64,000 nt of DNA from Promethearchaeota archaeon. Its GTDB lineage: Archaea > Asgardarchaeota > Lokiarchaeia > Sigyniarchaeales > SOKP01. The notes under the pieces are model-generated. The model was not told the origin of the DNA. It was given only the letters and a program-made list of their open reading frames with translations, and made no database searches. Position 1 is the stretch's first letter; every line of letters starts with the position of its first letter. Below are positions 48,791 through 60,007 of the stretch, in pieces. The DNA lies in contig JBHLNF010000003.1 of assembly GCA_048937405.1 (NCBI GenBank), positions 216,624 to 280,623 on the forward strand, given 5' to 3'. Both the position numbers and the translations under genes were made by a program.

Positions 48791-49816
48791 CTAGAATTTT
48801 AAGTATTTTTTTTCGTTTTTTGGGATTGAACGTAATCCTAAAGAGAGCATCATTCCATATACAACTGCTAAAGTAATATTCCTAAAAAGAGGATGACTAT
48901 CATAAGGTAAATCAATTCGAGGTATAAAAACTGGAAGAATCTTTTCAACAATGTATTTAGTTTCAGGTTTCTCATTGTGATATTTTATAATGAGCGATTT
49001 AAATTTCTTCATAAGATTTTTATGTTCTAAAAGGATTTCATGAACATTCTTTTGTCCATTAATAATACCGAAATGGCCAAAACCTGCCATTAAAGGATTA
49101 AGTTTAAGAATATTTTCTAATGTGTTCATATAATCTTCATGATTATAATAGACAGGCATAGATGCAGGCATAGTTAATAATTTAGAACTATGATAAAGTG
49201 TTCCTACTGCTTCTCCTAAAAATATAAAATCAATTAAATTATCTTTAATAAAGATTGGAGTTTGATGATCTGGAGTATGACCAGGAGTTTTTAATATTGC
49301 TAATTTTATTTCTGATCCATTGATAGTAAATTTATCAATAATATCTAATATATTCGGATTAGAACCAAAATTTAAACTTGGATCAATAATTTTAAATGCC
49401 TCATCTTCTATAGGTTTCATTTCACCAACAAAATTTCCATATGTACTTCTTCCACGATTCAAATGGTACTCAAAATCATTTAAAAGTGCTTTAGTTTTTA
49501 AATTGGTGAGAATTTTTACATCTGGATTGTACTTTTTAATTTCCTCATATAATTTCCACATTCCACCATTATGATCGAAATGATGGTGAGAAGGTATCAA
49601 ATACTTAAATGATGATAAAGAAATATGACTTTTTTTGAAGAATCTTAGTCCTTTTTCAACATCTAAAGATGATCCACAATCAAGTAAAACAGAATAGTTA
49701 TCAAATTCTCCTAAAAACACAGATAACATCCTGTTAGCCCCATAGGCTTTCATATCTATGTGATAGAGATATTCATTAACTTTTCCTGATCTAAGAATTC
49801 TGGTTTCTTTCTCCAT
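48791..49816 (-). CDS. Metallo-beta-lactamase fold hydrolase
   Basis: SHHHFDHNGG (HxHxDH) and a downstream TPGHTPDH. Confidence 0.75.
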   Translation of the reverse strand: MEKETRILRSGKVNEYLYHIDMKAYGANRMLSVFLGEFDNYSVLLDCGSSLDVEKGLRFFKKSHISLSSFKYLIPSHHHFDHNGGMWKLYEEIKKYNPDVKILTNLKTKALLNDFEYHLNRGRSTYGNFVGEMKPIEDEAFKIIDPSLNFGSNPNILDIIDKFTINGSEIKLAILKTPGHTPDHQTPIFIKDNLIDFIFLGEAVGTLYHSSKLLTMPASMPVYYNHEDYMNTLENILKLNPLMAGFGHFGIINGQKNVHEILLEHKNLMKKFKSLIIKYHNEKPETKYIVEKILPVFIPRIDLPYDSHPLFRNITLAVVYGMMLSLGLRSIPKNEKKYLKF

Positions 49817-49912
49817 CTTTAAAGGAATAAAAATAATAGTTAAAAGTAATTTTTTATTAGAAATCCATAGTAATAAATTCTTTATCTAATTTATTAGAAA
49901 AAAAGGAATTTT

Positions 49913-52105
49913 TTAAAGATTTAATTTTTGTTTCCATATTTTCATAGATAATTTTAATTCTTCTCTTTCTGGTCGACTTAAGATTTCAGGATTGCTTTTA
50001 AGTTCAGTGCTAGTAGAATGAATACTTTTCAATATACTACTATAACCTTCCAATTTAACAAATTCATTTTGAAATCTTTCTAATGCTAATGAGATTTCTG
50101 TACCGGTCATATTATCCATATTGTTAACAATTTCATCAAATTTATTTGATAAAATTACCGCCTTAGGTGCTTCAGTTGTGTCTTTTTCTTCAGGAGGAGT
50201 AACACCTTCTTTAGGGGGAATAGTAATTGCTGGTGTCGATACAAAAGGTTCTTCTTTTAATGGTTCTTCCAAACCAGGTTTTTTTATAGTTCGAATGATT
50301 TCTTTTCGAGCTCCTACCCAAGCATCTTCAAGTATGGGGACAAAAATTTTGATATGCTCCTCAATTATACTCCCAATTCCAGCAATTTCTGTCACATCTT
50401 CTCCTCGAAATTCTGTTTTTGAAAGCACACAAAGGATAACTTCTTCATAGTCTTTATTAATCCCCCATAAATTTTGTAAAGCTCGATTTCTATAATCAAC
50501 GTTATCCATCTTATCCATTTCTTGCATAATTTGATTATGTTCATAACTTGTCGTATCTATATATGTAGCAATTCTGAAGTTTATTCGGGATGGTCTGGCT
50601 TTAATTGCTTCAATATCAATATCAGAAAGATTTGGTGCTACTATTAAAACTCGCATCTTGGCTTTTAATATTTCCTCAGTTATGTGAGCTTTCGCACTTT
50701 CTGGAGAACGAATAAACCAGATATCTTTCATAGTGAAACCCCTCTTACCTTTAGCTTGATCCCAAAATTCTCTAGTGGTTATTTCGCTGACTTCTAACCT
50801 TCTCAAAATATCCGATAGTGTATTATCTAGTGTATCCACAATTCCTTTTGAGAAAATATCTCTAATATTACCAAATGATTGAAATATACCTCCAGAAAGG
50901 CCATCAATTCTTTCTTCAGCTAACTTTACTGCTTTATTAAAATTATCAGAAATTTCTCCAAAAACTTTCTCTTTATCTTCCCCTGATTTAGCAGTTATAC
51001 TTTCGACATTTTTAACCGCATCTGTTAATGAGTCTTTCATTTTTGCTATAATTTCTGTATTAATTCCTTCTGTTGCTTTTTTTAACTCATCAGCGAAAAC
51101 TGTTTGACTTACACTCAATTGAACGTTAAGATTATCGGTAATATCTTTTAAACGATTTTCAATAACTTTATCAATTACATCACCTACAGCTTGTTGAATT
51201 ACTCCTAAACGTAATTTCTGTAAATTATCCGTTACTGTTTTTTTAATATCCCCAAATTGATTTTTTAGATCAGCAACTTGATTTCTGATTATTTGAGATG
51301 TTTTCGTATTAAGATTTTCAAATTGTTTTGTTAAAGAGCTAATTTGATCATCTGGGAGAGTTTTAGAAAGATCTCCTAACTGAGAAATATCTTCAGTTAT
51401 ATTTCTTATTTGATCGATTGCTGAAATAGTATCATCAAATTCTTTTTGTTGAGCGTGGATTTGAGAGAGCATTTTTTCCTTTAAATCTGACATTATCTCA
51501 GTAGAATCTTTAACTTTTTCCATATCTTGTGCTTCTGTTTCAAGTTGAGCAAAGGATTTTTCTAACTGCTTAGGTATAGTGGATTTTATATCTGAGATAT
51601 ATGAATAAAAATTCTTTAATTGTGCTATTAGAGCCGCGTATGGAGGTAAAGCTTGATAGTGAGGAGTTGCACCAATAATTTCCTTGAATAACCCTTTTTC
51701 AAGAAATTTATCTGCAATTTTTTTACATTCTTCTTTAGGTTTGTTAATGAGAATCGCCATTTCTCCAATAGAAACTGCCTCTCGTCCAGTGGTTCGAAAA
51801 TATAGCTCAATTTCTTCATCTGAAAGATCTATTTCACTTAAAACTTGTCTGGTTAACTCTTTTGAATATTCAACTTGCTCTTCCTTTTCTATAACATCTT
51901 TTATTTCAAAATTCTCAACTTCTAAATATTGATTTATAAAGACTGTTAATTTATGAGGTGGCTCACCATGAACATCCTCTTTTTTAATTGGAAACTTTTT
52001 TATATCTCTGTATTGATCAACCGAAATTGGAAATTTGATTTCTTTTAAACAGATTTTACATGTAACTGCAACATCAACTACATCTTTATCTTTAAATAAG
52101 TACAT
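49913..52105 (-). CDS. TrmB-like wHTH protein with a ~300-aa inserted coiled coil and TrmB-C/PLD-like C-domain
   Basis: LSDEEIELYFRTTGREAVSIGEMAILINKPKEECKKIADKFLEKGLF (TrmB-type wHTH). Long heptad region. C-terminal MRVLIVAPNLSDIDIEAIK.. block. N-terminal CKIC..H motif. Confidence 0.45.
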   Translation of the reverse strand: MYLFKDKDVVDVAVTCKICLKEIKFPISVDQYRDIKKFPIKKEDVHGEPPHKLTVFINQYLEVENFEIKDVIEKEEQVEYSKELTRQVLSEIDLSDEEIELYFRTTGREAVSIGEMAILINKPKEECKKIADKFLEKGLFKEIIGATPHYQALPPYAALIAQLKNFYSYISDIKSTIPKQLEKSFAQLETEAQDMEKVKDSTEIMSDLKEKMLSQIHAQQKEFDDTISAIDQIRNITEDISQLGDLSKTLPDDQISSLTKQFENLNTKTSQIIRNQVADLKNQFGDIKKTVTDNLQKLRLGVIQQAVGDVIDKVIENRLKDITDNLNVQLSVSQTVFADELKKATEGINTEIIAKMKDSLTDAVKNVESITAKSGEDKEKVFGEISDNFNKAVKLAEERIDGLSGGIFQSFGNIRDIFSKGIVDTLDNTLSDILRRLEVSEITTREFWDQAKGKRGFTMKDIWFIRSPESAKAHITEEILKAKMRVLIVAPNLSDIDIEAIKARPSRINFRIATYIDTTSYEHNQIMQEMDKMDNVDYRNRALQNLWGINKDYEEVILCVLSKTEFRGEDVTEIAGIGSIIEEHIKIFVPILEDAWVGARKEIIRTIKKPGLEEPLKEEPFVSTPAITIPPKEGVTPPEEKDTTEAPKAVILSNKFDEIVNNMDNMTGTEISLALERFQNEFVKLEGYSSILKSIHSTSTELKSNPEILSRPEREELKLSMKIWKQKLNL

Positions 52106-52138
52106 TTTTTATAATCATCTCTTGCTAATTTATTTATT

Positions 52139-53392
52139 TTAAAATTCAACTTTTTCAGGATAGGTTATTTCTAGCAAACTTAATGCTTTTTTTGCAATTT
52201 CATATGTAATATCGCCATCAGTTTCTTGACTTTTATATGCTGCTCTTATTTTAGGAAGTAAATATTCTGGAAATATTATTAAAGGTTTTATATCTGTTAA
52301 TAGACAAATCCATTTTCTATCATTCTTATCTATAACTTCTGTGATAATATTTAAATTTTTTAAATCCTCTAATAATATCTCGGTTACAGCAAACTCTGAG
52401 AATATTTTTGGAATTTTATCCAATGGATAATGATTGTGCCTCATTAATACAAAAAAATCATAAACATCAGGATTTAAAAGAATTGAGGCAATTTTTTTTG
52501 TTTCTTCTAATGTTTCTGTATATGGATCGTAATTTGAAAAGAAATCTACAACTTTTTGTCTGTAGAGTGGTAAGAGTTCATTATTAGTTTCACTAAAATG
52601 GTTTAATAAATTTTCATTAGGGATACGACTAAGTATTAAGTCTTTTACAAGAAATAAATATTCTCCTTGGTGAGTAATTTGTCCTGTTTTCTTATTTTTC
52701 TCTCCTTTTATCCAATCTCTACGAATAATATTCAATTCCAAAAACGGTTGAAGTAAAATGTCAATATTCACATTAGTACTCATTTTATCTAAAGTTTTTT
52801 TTATTTCCTTTTTTGATGTTGGTGATTCCCGTAATATCTCTAAGATTTTTAATCTCTCAGGACTATTATAGATCAATGCTGTTTTTTGAAGTTTATCTAA
52901 ATTGGATAATCGATCTATTTGAAATATGGTGAATTTTAATTCGTTTTTCAATCTTATATTAATATTTTCAATTAAGGAGAGTTGTTTTGAGTTTCTCGCT
53001 CTTGTTAATTTATCAAAAATAGTATCTAATCGATCTCCCATTGTTTTAATCAAATCTTCAAAAATCGCTATTTCATCATCTAATTCAAAGATAGAAATTG
53101 CGAGATATTGGGTTCCATCAGCAACCTGCTTAAAATAAGACATTACTTGATATGGTGTTTCTTTTAACCTTCCTTCATAATAATTGCTATAACTATATTT
53201 TACACTGGAAAGTCCTGTAGTGTGCTGATAAAAAATCGCAAATATGTCATTTTCATCAAGCAATTCTGAAAAATTATTTTCATCATACTCATCTTCCCGA
53301 AATACTAATTGATTCGGTTCGAATTCTGGTTCTATTTCTCCCGTCTCTTTCTGATTTATTTTGAACTGAAATGCTAATATTCCTTGGATCAC
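52139..53392 (-). CDS. Hypothetical protein: longin-like N-domain + ArsR-like winged helix
   Basis: RLKILEILRESPTSKKEIKKTL wHTH-like segment. The N-domain resembles that of 44042..45082 by eye. 34-nt gap to the downstream gene suggests an operon. Confidence 0.35.
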   Translation of the reverse strand: MIQGILAFQFKINQKETGEIEPEFEPNQLVFREDEYDENNFSELLDENDIFAIFYQHTTGLSSVKYSYSNYYEGRLKETPYQVMSYFKQVADGTQYLAISIFELDDEIAIFEDLIKTMGDRLDTIFDKLTRARNSKQLSLIENINIRLKNELKFTIFQIDRLSNLDKLQKTALIYNSPERLKILEILRESPTSKKEIKKTLDKMSTNVNIDILLQPFLELNIIRRDWIKGEKNKKTGQITHQGEYLFLVKDLILSRIPNENLLNHFSETNNELLPLYRQKVVDFFSNYDPYTETLEETKKIASILLNPDVYDFFVLMRHNHYPLDKIPKIFSEFAVTEILLEDLKNLNIITEVIDKNDRKWICLLTDIKPLIIFPEYLLPKIRAAYKSQETDGDITYEIAKKALSLLEITYPEKVEF

Positions 53393-53858
53393 TTATATCA
53401 CTTTAAAATGTTGATAAATATATATTTTGAATTAAAATTTTTAAATTCTTTCTTAAGTATTTTTATTATTAATATTTAATTAAAGTTTATTCAAATTAAA
53501 TCAGTTTATATATTAGTATTTGGAAATGATTTATTCATTTCCCTAAATGAAAATTATAAGTAAACATAGAAGGAATAATTTCTATTTAATTATTAATTAT
53601 ATGTATTATTTCCTTACTAAATTTACAGATAGGACTGAGTTCTTAAAATAGGATTTATAAAGGTTCAAAATCAATTTAATGACTATTTAGTCCTTGTTTG
53701 ATTTACCCTTTAATTTATATAATATGATTTCTTAATGAATTTCATATCAGAATAGATTTCAGAATAATTCAAGATCAAGTGGCAAATTATTTATTAAATA
53801 ATTTAGTATACTACCTAAATAATAATTTTTTAATTAATAAACCAATGAATACCCAATT

Positions 53859-56800
53859 ATGACATCTAAAATAATTAAAAGAAAGGATTTTTCAGTTTTT
53901 AGTATTATTTGTATGATCATGTTATCATCCTTATTCATTTTATTAATATATACTAATCAGAATATTGATTCATCTTTTAATGATAAAAATAAAGAATCTG
54001 AATATAACAATTTTAGAAATCCTCAAATGTCAACAGCTAAAGAGAATCTTACTGCGATATGGTATAAGAATCCTGGTTTTGATGATCCAATTGAACCAAC
54101 ATGGTATTCAAAATTTGAAGGTGACCAATCAGATATAAATGCAACTTCTGGTTCTGGTCAAGCAAATTATGAGATTCTAGGTGAGACGAGAACTTACTCT
54201 CGAATAAACGGCACACCAACGTCGACATATTGGAAGAATGTTACAAATCCCGAACGTCCCGCTTTACCTGATTTTAATGAAATCGATAATTATGGTTGTC
54301 ATGTATCTCATACTTGGATAGATCCTGACGATCCTTCTCAGATGGTAAGTGTACATTGGGATAGAAATATTACTTTACCAGTTGATATGTCAGATTATTT
54401 TATTACCTCAGTTTCATTAAGTGCAGAAGTAAATGCTACAGTTACCACTGTTGGCAGTGGTCCTCTTTATCGAGGTGGTGTAGACGTTGCTGGTGATAGT
54501 ATTGATACAGCTAGCCCTGATTTTGCAAAAGAATATGATTATGTAAGGTTTTATGTATTGATTTCAGATTTAGAAAAAAATGATGTATTTGAAGCGGCTT
54601 ATAATCAAACAACTAACCTAGGGCAAGACCCAGTTCCAGGTCCGAGTATCCCTAGTATATCAGATACAGTAATTTTTACAAGACCAGAAGAAAGTTTAAT
54701 ATCATTTTTAAATACTGTTTTAGAGAATGATCCTAACCATGAATCATTTACATTGTCATTAGGAATGAGAATATTTTGTGCTGATAATGGACAAGGTGAT
54801 CGAGATACATGGGACTCGCTTCGATTTAAATCTTGCAATTTTTCATTTACTTATGAGAAAAAGATTGATGAATTTACGACTGGATCATGGTGTCAAGATG
54901 GAGATAAAATAACTCAGGTCGTTAATGACACATATGTTACTATTAATGATGCGAAATTGAATTTTAAGTATAAAATAAATGAAGATTGGACCGATTTATC
55001 TCCAAACTCAGAAATTAGAATTTATATAAATAACAATAAACTTCCTGAGGTACTTAATCTTAGTAAAGCTACTACAAGCTTTCAATTAGCTAATAACCTA
55101 GGAGGTTTCGATGTATATGATATTATTAACTATGATATTTACCTAAATCTCTCTATTCAAGTTTATCTTGCAGAGAATTTTCATTTAGGCACTAAGAAGA
55201 TTATATCGATAGATGATGTTTATTTGAATATTTCCTATACAGTTGAATTTCCCGAATATCAAACAGATATTGAAGTATATTTTAATAATAACAATATAAC
55301 AGCCAATCCTATATTCGAAATATCAGCTAAGACAGACCTAAATATCACAATTAAATATCCTGATGAATTTGGGATTCATATTCCTCAAGCAGTTGTAAAT
55401 TTAATTGGAAATTTAACAGCTACCTTAATTGAGGATGATCTCCGAGGACAATATACAATTATTCTCAATACTGAAGATTTACCTATAGGACAAATATACT
55501 TTAATATGTTAGCACACAGAATAAACTATGAAGCTCAACAGCTTGGTGCCCTATTAATTATTTCTAAAATAGAGACAGAAAAGATACAGTTATTTATAGA
55601 TGGCGAAGAAAAGACAACTTTACCATCTGTGGACGTTCCTCTGCAAAAGTCATTAAATATAACAGTTAAATATAAAGATACCATAGGAGATCATGTTCCT
55701 GGTGCAACAATTCAATTAGTTGGCGATGGAGTATTTGAAAATTTAGATGAATCTTTAGAATTTGAGCAATATTCAATAATACTTAATACAACATTGAAGT
55801 TTAGATTAGGTCTTAATGATTTATCAATCAATGCTCAAAAAGATAGATATGAGGAACAAAGTGCATATCCAAAAATTACGGTACGAAAGATCAATACCCT
55901 AATTACACCCGTTTCTGGCTCCAATAATATAAATATTAAGCCAGGACAGAATGCGGATATTAGTGTAATTATTAATGATGCAGACTTTAATGAAACCATT
56001 AAAGGAGCAATAGTTACTTATACTTGGGAATTTGGAAATGGTATTTTAACTGATGATAATAATGATGGTATATATGAGGAAATTTTAGAAAATGTACCTT
56101 CTGGTACGCATTCAGTTAATATTACCGTTTATAAAAGCGATATTTATAATTTTGAAAGTTATGAATTCATAATCTATGCTTTGAGACCAAAACAGGATTT
56201 ACTTCTTTTCCAAATATTATTGATAATAGGTATTATAGTTTCAATAGGAATAGGAGGTTATCTTTATGCATATCAAAAAGTATTAAAATATCCTAAACAA
56301 GTCAGAAAAGTTCGTAAGTATCGAAAAACCCTAAATAAAAAACATGCACCTAATATTAGTATAAATGACCGTGAAAAAAGTTTTAATTCTGAGTATAAAC
56401 AAGAAGTAAAAAATTCATCAAAATTTATAAGAGGTAAACCTTCAATTAAAAAACCTGAAGAAAGTGGAAAACAAAAAAAAAAATCGGAAAAATCTGACAT
56501 AAAGCTAGGATCTAAAAATGAGGTCGACTCAAATATAAAAATGAGTGATGTAAATCTCAATAACCAAAAATCATATCATAGAAAAACTTTAAAAAGGCTA
56601 AGAAAATTAAAGTTTGGAATTCTTAAATTAAAAAAATTCCAAAAATTCATGTCAATTTTAATAATAACAATTTTACTATTCAATTTTCTTATTGTTAGTC
56701 ATTATCTCTACCAAAATTCAAAAAATTCATTCTATTCCCAAAAAGATGATTTTAAAGATAATCTTGGTATATCAGGACAAAAGATTTATAGTAATATACA

Positions 56801-59321
56801 ATGGCTAAATGATACATCCTTTGAAAATAATTTAATTCCAAATCCTTTCTGGTTTGAATCCTATGGAAATATAGGGGATAATTCTGATGTTAGCGCAAAA
56901 CTAGAATATACTGATAACTATGCAAATTTGACTGTTATAGGAGAAAACCACACTTTTTCGGATATCTCAGGAACTCCTCTTATTAGTAATTGGATAAGAG
57001 TTAATAATCCTGACTATCCTGATCTTCCAGATGATTCTGATATTACTGCAGAAGGATGTTGGGTTACCCATTACTGGAATGAAAGATCTGATCAATCTCC
57101 GAGTGTTCATTGGGATCAAAATGTTACAGTAGATCATGATATGTCAGATTACATAATTACATCAGTAAACTTAAGTGTTCTAGTCAATGCTACGGTTCAA
57201 GGTAATAACCCAGAAGGAGGAGGAATTGATATTGATGGTGATCCTAGTGTTTTTGGAGATACATATGATTATGTTAAATTTTATGTATTATTTTCTGACA
57301 TACCTAAGAATAAAGTATATGAGGTTGCTTCTTATCAATCAACAGACTTGGGGAATGATAGCGCCGGAACATGGGATTATCTTTATGATACCTATTTGGA
57401 TAATGTACCTCAAGATAGATTAATTGAATATCTCACTTCAGTCTTAAATACTGATAATAGAAACTTCACAATTACCTTAGGTATAAGGTTATGGTGTGAA
57501 GATAGTTCAACTGATGATATAGATAATTGGGATGAGCTATTAATTAAAAGTTGTAATTTTTCATTTACATATGAGAAAAAAATAAATCGATTTACAACTG
57601 TATCATGGAATCAAGATGCCCAGAAAATTAGCGATATCAGCCATTTTGAGAACGAAACGATAGTTCTTAATGAAGCAATACTTAATTTCACATATAGAAT
57701 TGATCCCAATTGGACCCAATCATCAATTAATTCTAAATTAAGAATTCTTATAAATAATAATCCCCATACCGAGACAATTGAATTAAATACTACTAATGGA
57801 GATTTCCAGCCAGCAAAAATCGAAGGATTTGATGTCACTCATCTAATAATCGATGATATTAATGTGTCAATACAACTTTTTCTAGCAGATGAATTTAGTT
57901 TAGATCATAATATTACTATCTCCATAGACGATGTTGAGCTTAATATCACTTACACAATAATTTCTCCTCCTCAACTAACTGATTTACAGTTATTTTTAAA
58001 TGGTGACCCTACCCCTAGTTTAGAATTATATGTAGGGCAGCAATTAAATATCACAGTGAAATATGTAAATAAAACGGGTGAGCATATTCCCAACGCCACG
58101 ATTTCACTTTCAGGTAATTTTACTGGAATTTTGGTAGAAAATAAATCATTGGAACAATATACTATCATTTTAGATACAGAAATAGAAGACGTTGGTGCCA
58201 ATTTCCTCACGATTATAGCTTATGCTGAAGATTATGAAATACAAGAAATATATCCTGCAATAACAATAAAGAAATATCCCTCGCAAGGTCTACACGTAAT
58301 CTTAAATAATGAAAATGTGACTACTGATCCGCAATTTGAACTCAACCTTGATGAAGAATTAAATATCACAATAAAATATCTAGATTCAATGGGCAATTTT
58401 ATACCTAATGCTAGTGTAAGATTAATATCCGAAGGAATAACAAAAGATCTAAATGAAAGCTCAATATTCGATCAATATAGTACTATTATTAATACATCTG
58501 ATAGATTAAGAGTTGGTCTGAATTATTTGACAATTGAAGCTCAACACCAAATTTATGAAACTAACTCTTCAATTATAAGGCTTTATATTAGAAAATTTAA
58601 CGTAGATATTTCTCCAGTATCAGGATCAAATAGAATAGAAATAAAAGCAGGTGGAGATATCAATTTAAGAATAAATTTGAATAATACTGATATTGAAGAA
58701 TTAGTGAAAGGTGCTATTGTTACTTTTGTTTGGGAGGAAGGAGATGGGATTCTAACGGATTCTGATAATGATGGTATTTATGAGGGAACTATTGAAGATA
58801 TTCCAGAAGGTGCTTTTACTATTACTATCTCAGGTTTTGCAGGTGATGAATATGATATTCAAAATTATGATTTAACTATCATAGCAATAGGAGAATCCCA
58901 TCCTGAAACAACATTATTTCATATTTTATTCATTCTGTCTGTTATATTAATAATTGGACTACTAAGTTATCTAATTGCTTATCAAACCTATTTGAAATAT
59001 CCAAGACAAGTACGAAAAGTAAGAAAATATAGAAAAACTTTGAAACGTGAACGAGATCCTAGTGTTTTTATTATGGGGCGAGAAGATACCTTTAAAAAAC
59101 TCTATAGGAAAAATTTAATTTTTCTTCATATTCCTAAATTGAAAAGCCCCCCTTCAAAATCCTCATCTCAGGAAAAAAAGAAGACTTCTGATAAATTAGA
59201 AGCTGAAAAGGAAACCCAGAAGGTAGAATCTGAAAAATTAATTGAAAAGTCTCTAGAAAAGAAAGAAGAATTGGACAGAATAGTTGATAAATCACCAGAT
59301 GAAAATTCCAAATCTGCTTAA
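53859..59321 (+). CDS. 1820-aa surface protein made of two homologous halves (4 TM, two sequon-rich ectodomains)
   Basis: Each half has an N-terminal TM, a ~330-aa domain ending FSFTYEKKI(D/N)xFTT, Ig-like repeats (LNITVKY..G.HIP.A), TDxxNDGIYE, a TM, and the basic motif LKYP(K/R)QVRKVRKYRKTL. Confidence 0.6.
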   Translation: MTSKIIKRKDFSVFSIICMIMLSSLFILLIYTNQNIDSSFNDKNKESEYNNFRNPQMSTAKENLTAIWYKNPGFDDPIEPTWYSKFEGDQSDINATSGSGQANYEILGETRTYSRINGTPTSTYWKNVTNPERPALPDFNEIDNYGCHVSHTWIDPDDPSQMVSVHWDRNITLPVDMSDYFITSVSLSAEVNATVTTVGSGPLYRGGVDVAGDSIDTASPDFAKEYDYVRFYVLISDLEKNDVFEAAYNQTTNLGQDPVPGPSIPSISDTVIFTRPEESLISFLNTVLENDPNHESFTLSLGMRIFCADNGQGDRDTWDSLRFKSCNFSFTYEKKIDEFTTGSWCQDGDKITQVVNDTYVTINDAKLNFKYKINEDWTDLSPNSEIRIYINNNKLPEVLNLSKATTSFQLANNLGGFDVYDIINYDIYLNLSIQVYLAENFHLGTKKIISIDDVYLNISYTVEFPEYQTDIEVYFNNNNITANPIFEISAKTDLNITIKYPDEFGIHIPQAVVNLIGNLTATLIEDDLRGQYTIILNTEDLPIGQIYFNMLAHRINYEAQQLGALLIISKIETEKIQLFIDGEEKTTLPSVDVPLQKSLNITVKYKDTIGDHVPGATIQLVGDGVFENLDESLEFEQYSIILNTTLKFRLGLNDLSINAQKDRYEEQSAYPKITVRKINTLITPVSGSNNINIKPGQNADISVIINDADFNETIKGAIVTYTWEFGNGILTDDNNDGIYEEILENVPSGTHSVNITVYKSDIYNFESYEFIIYALRPKQDLLLFQILLIIGIIVSIGIGGYLYAYQKVLKYPKQVRKVRKYRKTLNKKHAPNISINDREKSFNSEYKQEVKNSSKFIRGKPSIKKPEESGKQKKKSEKSDIKLGSKNEVDSNIKMSDVNLNNQKSYHRKTLKRLRKLKFGILKLKKFQKFMSILIITILLFNFLIVSHYLYQNSKNSFYSQKDDFKDNLGISGQKIYSNIQWLNDTSFENNLIPNPFWFESYGNIGDNSDVSAKLEYTDNYANLTVIGENHTFSDISGTPLISNWIRVNNPDYPDLPDDSDITAEGCWVTHYWNERSDQSPSVHWDQNVTVDHDMSDYIITSVNLSVLVNATVQGNNPEGGGIDIDGDPSVFGDTYDYVKFYVLFSDIPKNKVYEVASYQSTDLGNDSAGTWDYLYDTYLDNVPQDRLIEYLTSVLNTDNRNFTITLGIRLWCEDSSTDDIDNWDELLIKSCNFSFTYEKKINRFTTVSWNQDAQKISDISHFENETIVLNEAILNFTYRIDPNWTQSSINSKLRILINNNPHTETIELNTTNGDFQPAKIEGFDVTHLIIDDINVSIQLFLADEFSLDHNITISIDDVELNITYTIISPPQLTDLQLFLNGDPTPSLELYVGQQLNITVKYVNKTGEHIPNATISLSGNFTGILVENKSLEQYTIILDTEIEDVGANFLTIIAYAEDYEIQEIYPAITIKKYPSQGLHVILNNENVTTDPQFELNLDEELNITIKYLDSMGNFIPNASVRLISEGITKDLNESSIFDQYSTIINTSDRLRVGLNYLTIEAQHQIYETNSSIIRLYIRKFNVDISPVSGSNRIEIKAGGDINLRINLNNTDIEELVKGAIVTFVWEEGDGILTDSDNDGIYEGTIEDIPEGAFTITISGFAGDEYDIQNYDLTIIAIGESHPETTLFHILFILSVILIIGLLSYLIAYQTYLKYPRQVRKVRKYRKTLKRERDPSVFIMGREDTFKKLYRKNLIFLHIPKLKSPPSKSSSQEKKKTSDKLEAEKETQKVESEKLIEKSLEKKEELDRIVDKSPDENSKSA

Positions 59322-59339
59322 TTAACTTCTTTTTTCTTA

Positions 59340-59900
59340 TCACTTTTGCATATCGCGTTTTAATAGAGCTAATATTATAGCATCATGATATTCTCCTTGA
59401 AAAATTAAATATTGTTTTAAAATTCCTTCAATAATAAAGCCGCATTTTTCAAAAAGAGAAACTGATCTATGGTTTTTAATTGCAATATATGCTTCAAGTC
59501 TATTCATTTTTAGATGATTAAAAGCGATTTTTTTAATTAAATTTAAGGATCTCTCTCCCAATCCTTTACCCCAAAAGGATGGAAGTAGCCAAATTCCAAT
59601 TTGAGTTCTTTTATGTTGCCAATTAATATTCCAAAGACTTATTGAGCCGATTTTAATTTTATCAATATTATGTAATTCGATAATATAATTAAATTGAAGA
59701 TATTTGTCCCAATATCTTAAATAATTTTTAATTAATCCTTTCGAATGCTCTAATGATTCTAATGGCCTCAAAGATAAGTAATTTGTCAAATCTTTTTCAC
59801 TCAGACTATTGAAAAAGAAATCAGCATCGTTTTTCAAAACCTTTCTAAGAAAAAGGTTGTGATCTTCAATTACTTCAACTATTTCTAAGTTATTTTTCAT
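59340..59900 (-). CDS. GNAT acetyltransferase (RimJ/RimL-like)
   Basis: WGKGLGERSLNLIKKIAF motif A. LFEKCGF. Confidence 0.75.
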   Translation of the reverse strand: MKNNLEIVEVIEDHNLFLRKVLKNDADFFFNSLSEKDLTNYLSLRPLESLEHSKGLIKNYLRYWDKYLQFNYIIELHNIDKIKIGSISLWNINWQHKRTQIGIWLLPSFWGKGLGERSLNLIKKIAFNHLKMNRLEAYIAIKNHRSVSLFEKCGFIIEGILKQYLIFQGEYHDAIILALLKRDMQK

Positions 59901-60007
59901 ACTTGAACACTACAGAGTTCTATCTGTATAATAAAAAAAAGATATAATAAATCTTTCAAAAAAAAAGTTAAATAATTATTATTGAATAAATAGGGAAATT
60001 CGAGAGT

